From: Lytechinus pictus
Taxonomy: Eukaryota
Assembly: GCF_037042905.1 (NCBI RefSeq)
Contig: NC_087245.1
Location: 34,536,001 to 34,600,000 of the forward strand
Reading direction: 5' to 3'
DNA: 64,000 nt
Shown here: piece by piece, positions 54,601 to 64,000 of the stretch
Numbering within the stretch: position 1 is the first letter of the stretch
Layout: every line of letters begins with the position of its first letter
Made by a program: the position numbers and the translations under genes
The notes under the pieces: model-generated
The model's database searches: none
Seen by the model: the letters and a program-made list of their open reading frames with translations, nothing else
What the model was told of the DNA's origin: nothing

Positions 54601-57600
54601 TTGTGATTGAATGGGTCATTCATAAGCATATGTGAGACAGGGGCCCATATCTAAATAGATCTCCTTATTTTAGAATATAATTTTATTCCTTCCTTTTCTT
54701 TGTGTATAAATCAGGTGTTAGTGACCATACCTCTCGTGTTACTGCAGTCGAATGCAATCAACTTCACACCGCCTCTACCTGAAGATAAAACAGAAGCAAT
54801 AAATAGTTTAGGAGCTGGGATCATTGAGAAGGTAAGGCATAGTCTTGCATCCTGTCTCCGTAGAAACTCTTGGGGGCCCGTTTCATCAAACTTGTAATAG
54901 CAAATGTGTGATAACGATTAAAAGCTACTGAAATCCTTCAATCTGATTGGCTGATAGTAAATTTGATAAAGATATTGCGTATTTGTTATAACAAATCTTT
55001 GTGAAACAAGATCCTGTTTCAATCAGTTTATCATACCTTTTGGAATCGGCATAGGAAGTAGAGGGTGACAGGTGATTTTGCCTTCATCGTATTGTAAATT
55101 TCCCCTGAAATTCACCAAATGGCATGCCTACGTGCCACCATCTTATCTCGGGTTGCCCCAAGCTATAATGTGATCTATTTCTCTGCGTATACATGCACTA
55201 GATTCTAGATCCTGCTTTTGAAAATCCATTAGAGGTTTATCAAGCATGCCATCTTTAGCTCACTCATCCAGGGAGTGGACGACTATCTTTTTTTTCAAGC
55301 CTCCCCAAGAACTGCCACAAACTATGTCACGTAATTGAGGTTGTCCTGTTGAAATTCCAATTAATAAAGTGACTTTTTTATATCAGGGCTTGTGAAAAAT
55401 TAGTGTTTGTAACATAAATATGACAGGAATATTAAAATGTGAAAGGGCCAAGAATCTAGTATAGGCATAGCAGATGTAGATTACATTGGACTTTGTTGTG
55501 GAACAAAATAAATGTACAATCTCTCAGCGTGGGCACAGTTGATTCATGATGAAAAAAAAATGTATATTAAGTTTAAACATTGCAAATTTGTATGGAAAAA
55601 TATGAGTTGTAGAGATTTCTTAATTTACTTATTCAAAAGTTTGCATCTCTGCAATAGGCATCAATTTACAGTTTGTATATTAACCCCTTTAATGTAATTT
55701 GATTTTAGTATGAGACGCAAATGGGTTAAGCTATTGTTTTCCATCTTTTGACAGATTGGGCTGCAGTTTCCATCCCGGTTTTGGGAGAAGAAAACACAAG
55801 AGACGGACTACTTTGGTTATATTCCAACAGATCCAGCAGACAGAGGGTTCTTCTCAGTGTTTTATGACATGTCAAATGAGGTAAATACATATTGTATTTG
55901 GTTTGCAAATCTGTAATTTGTATACCCCCGTCCTAGACGGGATGTATTATGGTATCACGCTCGGTGTCCGTCCGTCAGTCTGTCCATCCATTAACTTTTC
56001 CTTGTAAACGTGATAACTTCAGTTTGACTTAACCTAGGCTCATATAATTTGGTGTGTATGGTACTAGCATAGATCCCAGGAAGCCTATCGATTTTGAGGT
56101 AAAAATGTCAAAGGTCAAGGCCACAGTGACATTTTCATCTTACCCTTCAGCAGTTTTTGTAAACGCGATAACTTCAGTTTAACTTAACCTAGGCTCATAT
56201 AATTTGGTGTGTATGATACTAGCATGGATCCCAGGAAGCCTCTTGATTTTTATGTTAAAAAGGTCATAGGTCAAGGTCACAGTGACATATTTTCATCTTA
56301 CCCTTCTGCAGTCCTTGTAGGTGGGCCTGTGCGCTATATAAGTAGCCACCATTATTATTATGATAATTTCGTTAGAGAAATCATAATAACCGCTACTTGT
56401 CTAAAATACAAAGGTACATTGATTTGCTTAGAGTGGATTCCATCTCACTGTGGGGTTAATGGAAACAAAACGGCTGACTTCTATGCAAAGGCAGCCCTAA
56501 AGCAAGAAATACAGATTAATAATGGTTTGAATATCCAAAAAACAAAAAAGATTGTAAGAGTCCTTGCAAGAAATGAATGGCAGAAGAGATGGGACAAGTC
56601 AACTTCAGAATTAAGAAAATACCAGAAAGTTGTCTAAAAAAAAACACCCTTTGATTATCTATGCACAGACAAAAGTGGTGAAAAAATGATTCACAGATTA
56701 CGTTTGGGAGGTTTGGGTTTAAACGACTTCCTTTTTAAGAAGGGAAGACACACAACTGGAAAGTGTGATTTCTGTAATGAAAGAGAAACGATATACCACT
56801 TCTTATATGTTTGCCCTAGATTTATTATTCAATGAGCACTATTACTTGCTGAATTAAATGTTAACAATATCTCTGATGCGGAACGTAAAGTGGAGAATCT
56901 CGCAGTAAAGACACAAAGTGCACTTATCAGATATTTCAAAAGGACTCAAAGATTTCAAATTGGTTGCCAGGATGGCAACCATTACAACAGGGTGTAGTCA
57001 AGACTAAAGATATTAAATAAATTGTAGCAAATCATTATATTTCGTGATGATACTTTTTGATCAAGGTGTATAACTATTCGTAATTTTTGGGGTAATTGTT
57101 TATGATGTAATCGATGATGTTTTCACTTAATTAGTCTATGTGTGCACCTTTCTTGTCACTTTCACTTTATCATATGGCCCTTGAATATCAGTATTTACTC
57201 TACTATAAATAGTTTCTTTTTTTAAGTTCATTTTGATCTGATTTGACATAAATTTCACTTGCGGAAATTCAATTGAAGTTCTACGAGGTATCGGATAGAG
57301 CGCCCCCTGCTCACGTTTGAGAGACATAGGGAATACAATTTTTTGTACTCCTGAGATGCCCTCGAAATGCACCTCGAGCGGGCTTGTCAGGATAACGTGC
57401 TGTACAGGGCAGGAGAGGTGGTCTTGCACGATTTCCTAGGAACTTTTCTTTCCTCTCTTTTCCTTTATTTTTTCTAACTGATATTGATTCAACAAAGAAA
57501 TTATTCCGTTTTTTGGAAGAAGAAAAAAGCATTTTTACAAGGCAACAATAGTCAAAGCTGACTAGTTTGTCTATTCACAACAACAACAACAACATTATGA

Positions 57601-59868
57601 AAAAAATTGTTAGAGAAGAGAAAGGAAAAAGAGTAGAGATATAAATAAATGCAAAAATAAAAAACAAGAAGTCCATGATGTTTTTATATGTATGTTTGTG
57701 CCATCAGAATACAGAGAGTAATGTACTGATGTCAATAATCAGTGGTGATGCAGTAGAGAAGCTGAAGACGATGACAGAAGAAGAAGTCATGAAAAAATGT
57801 TTATCATGTCTCAAGAAACTCTTCCCTAAACAGGTATGACTCTCATGATAATTATCTGAAATATTCTGCTGATAATACCATTATTATTTTTTTTTGCATT
57901 CATATTGCCCCACCCCAAATGTATTATAAGTTTCATATTTCTTTATGCTTTGAATATACTATTTTTTCCTTCTTATTAAGTATTGCTGTAGTTATTGTTT
58001 TGTATTGTTTTCATAATCTGTAAAAGATTTGTACAATCAAGCCCATGCTTCAGATCAATCCTGTGCCTCGTCTTACAAAGAGTTACGATTGATCCAATCA
58101 ATCGTAACTCAATGGAAATCCATCAGTGTCATAATTTTTTCTATAGGAAATTGGCACAATGTCCTTTGTAAACAAAGAGAAGTACAGTGAATTAAAAAAA
58201 AAACATTGAATGCATGGATATACATCACAGTTGGAAAATATTTTTAACAAACATGCATAGTACACGTTGACCTTGCTGGCCGTCCATAATTGATGTCAGT
58301 CTTCAGCTTTGGCCTGAATTCAGGCTCTGACAATTTATCATTTCAGGCATTTTCAGGCTGTAGATTGTACAGCACACATGGGGTGTGAATGTATGCTGGC
58401 TTCTTCATAGGCCCATTCGGCCCAATCAGTTAAACTGACTGGCATTCCTGAGAATCATATTTCATAATAGTATATTGTCTTTTTCATGAGCAGTTTGGAA
58501 CAAAACAAATGGAAATATCTTTGAACATTTCAACCCTTGATTGTTGATATACTGTTTAAACAAAAAGAGGGAGCTAGAGGTCAGTTGTATCTAATAATCA
58601 GGAGCAATTCTTTCTATTGCCAAACCATGGCTCTTTAACACAAATATTTGCAATCAATTGCAAATATGAGAGTAAACTTCAGCTTGGTTACTGGTCAGTC
58701 TATAGAATGGAAAGTGGATGCAACAAAGAACTTGATTGGCTATTACCATCTTGTGATTAATTTCAAAGATTTGTGTGAAGGGATCCATGGATTAGAGTGG
58801 CTGACAGTGAACTGGCTATAGAAATTGTGCATTTGCTATCATAACAAGTCTGTATTTTATAATAAAACTTTTGTGTTCTCTGCAGACGGTACCGAACCCC
58901 TCCAAGTACTTTGTAACCCAATGGCATAAAGACGAGTTCGCTGGTATGTCATACAGTTTTGTAGCATCGGGTTCAAGCGGAGAAACATACGATATCCTCG
59001 CTGACTGTGTCGATGACAAAATATTCTTTGCAGGAGAGGTTAGTACTCTTAGGGAGTGTTGCAAGAAAAGATTTGCAATCAATTGCAAATTTCTGATGTA
59101 AATTAACAAGTAATGGATCTATTTTAAGTAAAGCAAAGCAATTTATACTTGTTGGTGCAAGATGCATAACATCAATTAATTGCAAATTTTGAATGACATC
59201 AATTAATTTCGATTGATTTCTGGACCTAAAATTGACTTGCGATCGATTGCAAGTTTATATGGCGGGTGTTTCATGAAGCATCTTGTCAGTGATAAATTTG
59301 TTCTCAGCCAATCAGATGCAAGTATTTCAGTAGCTTATAACAGTGGCAGGTGAATATTGAAATGTTCCCTCTTTTAAAAAAATCGTTTTGTGAAAGAAAT
59401 GGATAAAGAGAACAATGGTAGGCGTAGCGTTGCCAAAGCTGTTGTACATGGATAATTTCACACATTCGTATACCTTCTCCCATACGTGTACTGTATCAAA
59501 GCAATAGCTTTGATCCAGCTGAGGCATGGCGGCTTGTCATTGTTCAAAACCCACCTACACCCGACTAAGGAAATTATAATTGGTATAGTGTCGAAAATCT
59601 GTCCATCTGACAGTCAATCGGATCGGGGTCACCCTAGCCTCTAACCCGTCTCTGTGGTCTAGTGGTTAAGGCACCGGCGTTCAAAGCTGGGGGCCCGGGT
59701 TCGATTCCCGGCAGATACATTTTTTCGGTATCACCAATTTTTCCAAAAGGGCAGATAGCTCTGGGAAACTTTGATTTAAGCTATGCCTACCATTGTTCTC
59801 TTCATCCATTTCTTTCACAAAAATATTTAAATAAAAGAGTTGCCAAAGCTGTTGTACATGTATAATTT

Positions 59869-59900
<32 letters not shown>

Positions 59901-60285
59901 AAATGACAAAAATGACACTCAAAAATGAAACAAATAAGGAAAAAAAATGACACTCAAGGTGCACAATGAATATTGACAACTTCTCAATAAAAAAAAAATG
60001 AAATAAATAAAATACATTGAAGTTGATTGACAAGCAAAGTTGCAAAACCAGTTATGAGTTGGAAGTCAAAGTGACGAGTAAGCCCAGAACAGTTAAACAT
60101 ATGCTTGCTTGGGTGACTCAGCTGTAATTTGGGGGTTTAAAGATACCGGTAAATCTTATACATGATACCAACTTATTGTGTTGCTTTTCTCCTCCATACA
60201 GGCAACAAACCGAAGTTTTCCTCAGACAGTAACCGGAGCATACCTCAGTGGAATCAGAGAAGCAAACAAGATTATTGCATTATGA
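42248..60285 (+). CDS. KDM1B: Lysine-specific histone demethylase 1B (LSD2/AOF1), 16 coding exons, ~877 aa
   Basis: Exons join in frame through GT-AG introns with consistent phases (total 2634 nt). Recognisable LSD2 motifs: [16 protein letters not shown] (C4H2C2 finger), LPFWLQC..GCGKWR (zf-CW), [14 protein letters not shown] (SWIRM), [11 protein letters not shown] (FAD Rossmann), [29 protein letters not shown]. No Tower insertion, which distinguishes it from KDM1A. Confidence 0.96.
43136..43225 (+). CDS. KDM1B: KDM1B coding exon 2 (C4H2C2 zinc finger)
   Basis: ttgtag acceptor; [29 protein letters not shown]; donor gttagt. Not in the ORF track. Confidence 0.95.
43677..43902 (+). CDS. KDM1B: KDM1B coding exon 3 (zf-CW)
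   Basis: attcag acceptor; [24 protein letters not shown]...[17 protein letters not shown]...GAKK; donor gtgaga. Confidence 0.95.
43977..44549. mobile_element. Kolobok/T2-type MITE, family A copy 2 (intronic)
   Basis: TTAA flanks; AGGGATGGTCC / GGACCATCCCT. Confidence 0.9.
44796..44985 (+). CDS. KDM1B: KDM1B coding exon 4
   Basis: aacag acceptor; [15 protein letters not shown]...[28 protein letters not shown]; donor gtaagc, phase 1. Confidence 0.93.
46311..46337 (+). CDS. KDM1B: KDM1B candidate 27-nt microexon (GLSEGDESF)
   Basis: Long pyrimidine tract ending tttttcttag, 27 nt open in the required phase 1-1 frame, consensus donor gtaagt. No homology support; skipping it also keeps the frame. 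Confidence 0.7.
46587..46809. mobile_element. Short MITE
   Basis: TIR ggacagtgattttcc / ggaaaatcactgtcc; CTATTG on both flanks. Confidence 0.65.
47215..47399 (+). CDS. KDM1B: KDM1B coding exon 6 (linker/SWIRM)
   Basis: [25 protein letters not shown]...[18 protein letters not shown]; donor gtaagt at 47400; alternative in-frame start at 47221. Confidence 0.93.
47539..47697. mobile_element. Palindromic MITE (CAG/CGG flanks) nested in an older short element (~47408-47752)
   Basis: 34-bp TIR GTGGGTGTTTCATAAAGCTGTTCGTAAGTTAAGA. Confidence 0.8.
48268..48444 (+). CDS. KDM1B: KDM1B coding exon 7 (SWIRM)
   Basis: tttgcag acceptor; [20 protein letters not shown]...[11 protein letters not shown]; donor gtaagt. 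Confidence 0.95.
49267..49476 (+). CDS. KDM1B: KDM1B coding exon 8 (FAD-binding GxGxxG)
   Basis: [19 protein letters not shown]...[14 protein letters not shown]...[19 protein letters not shown]; donor gttagt. Confidence 0.96.
50368..50539 (+). CDS. KDM1B: KDM1B coding exon 9
   Basis: tttgcag acceptor; [24 protein letters not shown]; donor gtaagt, phase 1. Confidence 0.94.
51133..51520 (+). mobile_element. tRNA-derived SINE with CORE-like domain and long (TTA)n tail
   Basis: Degenerate A/B boxes; ctgcactcgacccaggttaggtaaatgggtacc; agcgct...aagcgctatataa 3' end; tail abuts exon 10. A 3' fragment also lies at ~50224-50320. Confidence 0.8.
51526..51653 (+). CDS. KDM1B: KDM1B coding exon 10
   Basis: cctcag acceptor; KIMEMHQTF...[19 protein letters not shown]; donor gttcgt. 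Confidence 0.93.
51950..52250. repeat. Degenerate (GAT)n microsatellite (intronic)
   Basis: Direct reading; explains the poly-D/M/H/I ORFs. Confidence 0.95.
52322..52905. mobile_element. Kolobok/T2-type MITE, family B copy 3 (intronic)
   Basis: aggccaagtcaacc ... gtggacttgtcct then TTAA; collinear with the 14878 copy. Confidence 0.88.
53392..53598 (+). CDS. KDM1B: KDM1B coding exon 11
   Basis: ttttcag acceptor; [19 protein letters not shown]...TFTAQK; donor gtaagt. Confidence 0.95.
54715..54831 (+). CDS. KDM1B: KDM1B coding exon 12
   Basis: VLVTIPL...[23 protein letters not shown]; donor gtaagg. Confidence 0.95.
55755..55880 (+). CDS. KDM1B: KDM1B coding exon 13
   Basis: gacag acceptor; [42 protein letters not shown]; donor gtaaat. 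Not in the ORF track. Confidence 0.94.
55919..56320 (+). mobile_element. Helentron-associated (HINE/DINE-1/pearl-like) non-autonomous element, truncated
   Basis: tatacccccgtc..gacggg short hairpin, (TCCG/TCTG)n microsatellite, then two tandem ~155-bp units (starts 56003, 56158). This is the usual modular order of these elements. Confidence 0.75.
56360..57020 (+). mobile_element. 3' remnant of a non-LTR retrotransposon (I/Nimb-like; RNase H plus C-terminal CCHC)
   Basis: One frame: [21 protein letters not shown] (RNase H C-terminus), [37 protein letters not shown]; premature stops at 56635 and 56833. Confidence 0.85.
57708..57833 (+). CDS. KDM1B: KDM1B coding exon 14
   Basis: catcag acceptor; [42 protein letters not shown]; donor gtatga. 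Not in the ORF track. Confidence 0.93.
58062..58290. mobile_element. Fragment of a recurrent MITE family (also ~45480-45680 and ~54425-54646)
   Basis: Terminus cgtcttacaaagagttacgattgatcc is mirrored by gatcaattgtaactctttgtaagacggggccc at ~45650-45680; internal sequence shared. Confidence 0.65.
58886..59038 (+). CDS. KDM1B: KDM1B coding exon 15
   Basis: ctgcag acceptor; [13 protein letters not shown]...[17 protein letters not shown]...IFFAGE; donor gttagt. Confidence 0.95.
59369..59874. mobile_element. Small element with inverted plus direct terminal segments (Penelope-like geometry) carrying the tRNA-like gene
   Basis: 59369-59428 is the inverted copy of 59780-59839; 59429-59464 is directly repeated at 59839-59874; runs into (CA)n(TA)n. 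Confidence 0.55.
59648..59719 (+). tRNA. tRNA-like cloverleaf with UCA anticodon (opal-suppressor-like, probably repeat-borne; function unknown)
   Basis: Acceptor GTCTCTG/CAGATAC (6 of 7 pairs), D stem GTCT/AGGC, anticodon stem CCGGC/GCTGG with loop GTTCAAA, 4-nt variable loop, T stem CCGGG/CCCGG with loop TTCGATT. A box TGGTCTAGTGG, B box GGTTCGATTCC, TTTTTT right after the discriminator base. Confidence 0.6.
60202..60285 (+). CDS. KDM1B: KDM1B last coding exon
   Basis: atacag acceptor; [27 protein letters not shown], then TGA. Confidence 0.95.
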   Translation, partial: ATNRSFPQTVTGAYLSGIREANKIIAL

Positions 60286-60951
60286 TGCAGTGTATGAACG
60301 CACCTTAGATGTAATAGTGACTTTGACCATTTTGAGTGCATGTTTGTTGGTGTGTTCACATGTCAGAGAATACACATGCTCTGGTTATTGTATGCATCTG
60401 ATCACGGTGAGGATTGAGTTGTCGTAACATGCCATCTCATCAAACAAGCCCAGCTGAATGAGCATGCCATGGTGGTCTGCCAATGACTTCAGGGAGAGGC
60501 AGTCACGTGCGAATGCACCGTCTTCATTGATGTTGTGAAAGATGGGCCTGTTCACACTAGATCATAGTCGGGTTTCGCCTAACAATTCATAGGGCGGAGG
60601 ATTTCCCCAAATCAGTGTCGTCTTTTGCATGCGACCTCATCTTCAAAACGATGACAGCTACAGGTCCTATTTGAATAGTTTATGATCTTAATCAGTTTGA
60701 GATGATGACTTATAGCCCAGTCAATGTAATGGTAAATCATCATCATCTACTGTAGTCCCATACCTTTGAAAAGGGGTTAGGAATGTGGACCTCCATTGCC
60801 TTTTGTGATGTAAATACACTATTCTGAACATCATTCTCCAGATCAGTGAGTATTACCCAACAGTACTGCAGATTATCAACATTAATGATTCAGAAACCTT
60901 TGAAATGAAATTTTAGTATACTGGTTAATAAGAAGACTTTTGAAGATTTCG

Positions 60952-61012
60952 AATAAACTTTTATTCCTGTTTTAATTCCAAATGCTTTGCAATTCAATTT
61001 ATTCAAAATAAA
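60952..61012 (+). terminator. Candidate KDM1B polyadenylation signals
   Basis: AATAAA at 60952 and 61007, ~0.7 kb after the stop, with T-rich sequence downstream. A further AATAAA lies near 62249. Confidence 0.35.
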
Positions 61013-61178
61013 AGTCCTTGTACGTAAAAATGTTAACAGATTACTTTTTTAAACAACTGTTAACAATTAATCTTGATGTAACGATGTAGAAAATAACATA
61101 TCTATATGATAATTAGCGTTCTATTATCTTCAAGAACAATTTGTATTCTTCATGAAAAACCACAAGCATCATTATTAA

Positions 61179-61686
61179 TACCCCGTCTTAACAGACACTT
61201 TTTCTGACTGCCCTACCCCGATAAAAGCAGGGCGAAAAAATCCCCCTTCCTATTAAGACGCTCCCTCTGGGAGAAAAGCAGGACTGTGTCGGGAAGGATT
61301 TTTCCAAATTTCAGCCTGCTCCAACGAGGGTGGATGCGGGGTAGAAAAACAATTCCACCTAGCTAATACCTGGGTACACGTTCTGGGAGAAAAGCAGGCA
61401 GGATTTTTCGGGGTGCAGTCCGTCCGAAAAGCTCAATATTGCGCAATGACGTGTACAAAACGCATGCCATATAAAGGCATGGTCAAACAGAGAGATTGGG
61501 TTGTTTACAAATATGTTGCCGTTTTGTTAGTATTTTTATTTACCTTGCATGTAACCTTTACGGGTAGGATTTTCAGTAAGTGTCGTCTGTTAAGACGGCG
61601 CACAGAGGATACCACCCATGGTTGAGGAATTCTACCCTGCTTTTCTACCTGCCCTCTGCCCGGGCACTGTCTATTAAAACGGGGCC
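61179..61686. mobile_element. PIF/Harbinger-type MITE with TAA TSD
   Basis: ccccgtcttaacagaca / tgtctattaaaacgggg termini; TAA on both sides. Confidence 0.75.
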
Positions 61687-63016
61687 TAAGAGAACCATGA
61701 AGGTAGTAATAAGAATTCACTTACGCATTTAAGATTACTCAAGTTGCTTTTATACTGAAATACAAAAGAAGGTTTTGAAATTTGAAATTACTCAGGATTG
61801 CAAAGTCAAGTGATCAATGATCTTGCATGATTACTGGCAGCCATTTTTTTTTTAAGGAATAATACACAATGTCATTTATCATGCGTTTAAAGCATGAAGT
61901 TTACTATCAGTACAGCTCTCAAGTACAACCGAATTTCATGCCGACATTTTGGCCAAAAATGTAGATTTTCATTAAAATTTCTCAAGAATGTCCATTGAAG
62001 GAGAGTTGCAAATGCCGTACATTATTTCCATTGAAAATATGCCTTCTAACCTCTTGGTCCAGTTTCACAAAGATTTACAATTATAGTAAATTTGACACTA
62101 TTGTAATTACTTTGTACCATGGAAACCTAGATGTTGATTGGCTACTGAATCATGTGACCATCAACACAAGTTCTTTGTGAAAATGACCCCTGTGGTTCTA
62201 CAATGCTCTTTAGATTTGTACTTGACCACAATTGCTCTGTTTATCTGCAAATAAAATCACCTATAAATACTGAGCAATGTGTCTTTGCATGTGAGTTATC
62301 CATATTGTATTTTGGGAGTTTTGCAAATATTTCAGTTCACTTTACATTATGACTCCTTTTTTCGGATAGGATGCAATTATTTTTAATTCTCTTAGTATTC
62401 ATGAATCCCAAATGCCACTTCTAGATTTTTAATATGAATTAAATATTTTGCTAGTATTCTCTTTTATTGATAATATTATCTGATTTTAGCACTACTGCTA
62501 GTATAACCATGTCTAGTTGAAATAATAATGAGTTATTTTCTTTCAGGAGTTTTCATACGTATGACTACACAGTATTGGAACCTTTTTCTTTATGAGGTGG
62601 ATTTCTATTTTCAATTGCATGTATTTACCATATTACTGTTTTCTTGGGGCAATTGTCACTTTGTTTTGTTCATGAACTAAATAATGAAACTGCAATGGAC
62701 TCACAAAATTAAGTTCACATGAATTTCCCATCTTGATGCAAAAGTGTGAAGGATATGTAATAAAAATATATGCATAATTGAAATTTAGATGTCTTCGACC
62801 AAATAGCAGAGTTTTTCTCTGCGGTGTGTATGGAGGGTTCGAGAACGCAGAAAATGTATCGAAAATTCCCGCCAAATGACAACAACAAAAACCAGCTGGA
62901 AGGCCGTTGTAGAAAATTGGTGACCTGGAACAGCATTATGTCCTAAGTTTCGGAGCTGACGACTGATTGCAAACATTTCGTTTGTCTAGAGTCAAGGATA
63001 AAACTGCTGTTTTGAT

Positions 63017-63187
63017 TCACCGATTTTCAACAAAGACTTTTTGGATGTTCTTAGTCATGAACAGCATTTGACAATACGTTTTCTCTGTTTTCTCTTGAAC
63101 ACTTGGTACATCATAGAGCGAAAACTCCCCAGTGCCTGGTATGAAACCATCCTTGTTCTGTTTCCATATGCTTACAGTAGCTAATAC
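63017..63187 (-). CDS. Candidate terminal exon of an unidentified convergent gene
   Basis: Minus-strand ccatcag acceptor, then 56 open codons VLATVSIWKQNKDGFIPGTGEFSLYDVPSVQEKTEKTYCQMLFMTKNIQKVFVENR and TGA. Non-repetitive; family not recognised. Confidence 0.35.
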   Translation of the reverse strand, partial: VLATVSIWKQNKDGFIPGTGEFSLYDVPSVQEKTEKTYCQMLFMTKNIQKVFVENR

Positions 63188-63220
63188 CTGATGGCCTAAT
63201 AGTGTAAATGATGGTATTAA

Positions 63221-63823
63221 AGGGATGGTCTAGGCTGGAAATATTTATATCTCAATAAATAGAGTAAAATTCACAGAGCAAAATGCTGAAAATTTCATCA
63301 AAATCGGGTCACATATAACAAGGTTATTGGATTTTAAAGATTTGCATTATTTCGGTGAAACAGTTCTAGGTATGTCTTTATGAATATTCATTAGGTGGGC
63401 TGATGATGTCATATCCCCTCTTGTTCTTTTGTATTTTATTATATGAAATTAGGTTTATTCAAAATGTTTATACCAAGAACTAAAACAATTGGATTGACAA
63501 CTGATTAAGTGCATTAGTTATTGATTGCCGCAACTTATTCCATCATAATGGATACACATCATTTACACATGTATGAAAAAATGAAACATTTATGATTTCA
63601 TGTGATAACATAACAAAAAGGAAAGTGGGGTTGTGACATCATCTGCCCACCTCATGAATATTCATGACGATGTGTATATAACTGTTTTCACAAAATATTG
63701 ATAAACTTTAAAATTCAATAACTTGGTTATTTGTTATCCGATTTTGATGAAATTTTCAGCATTTTGCTCTGTGAATTTACACTATTTATTTAGATATAAA
63801 AATTTTCAGCCCGGACCATCCCT
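63221..63823. mobile_element. Kolobok/T2-type MITE, family A copy 3
   Basis: TTAA flanks; collinear with the 43977 copy. Confidence 0.9.
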
Positions 63824-64000
63824 TTAATGCTATTCTACGGTAGGAACTTACTTTCCTTTGCAAGATTCAGTATAACCATAATAATCAACCACTCTTACAT
63901 CGTGCCTATCACAAACATGGATTTGGGTGTGTAAGAAAGAAAACTGGCGCATAAATGAGCTCTTCAATGCATTTGAATGACTGCATCTATATTTTTCTCT

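Noticed and set aside
59648..59719. Canonical selenocysteine tRNA gene
   Set aside because: Lacks the long variable arm and extended acceptor/D stems of tRNA-Sec.

Overview
AT-rich, repeat-dense eukaryotic DNA. The repeat repertoire suggests an invertebrate deuterostome, probably a sea urchin (inference). The one confidently supported gene is an intact + strand KDM1B/LSD2 (FAD-dependent histone H3K4 demethylase). I reconstructed it by hand as 16 GT-AG coding exons from 42248 to 60285 (2634 nt, about 877 aa): C4H2C2 zinc finger, zf-CW, SWIRM and amine-oxidase domains, a lineage-specific TPK/TPN repeat and a candidate 27-nt microexon. The first ~38 kb has no recognisable coding gene. It and the introns hold non-autonomous DNA transposons (TTAA Kolobok/T2-type, hAT-type, Harbinger-type, a 9-bp-TSD family), tRNA-derived SINEs, a Helentron/DINE-1-like element, a LINE 3' remnant and long microsatellites that explain most long ORFs. 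The most unusual signal is a 72-nt tRNA cloverleaf with all four arms, a UCA (UGA-reading) anticodon and a T6 terminator. It lies in a small element with Penelope-like repeat geometry in the last KDM1B intron; its function is unproven. A possible terminal exon of a convergent gene lies at 63017-63187 (-). All alignments are by eye; no searches were run.
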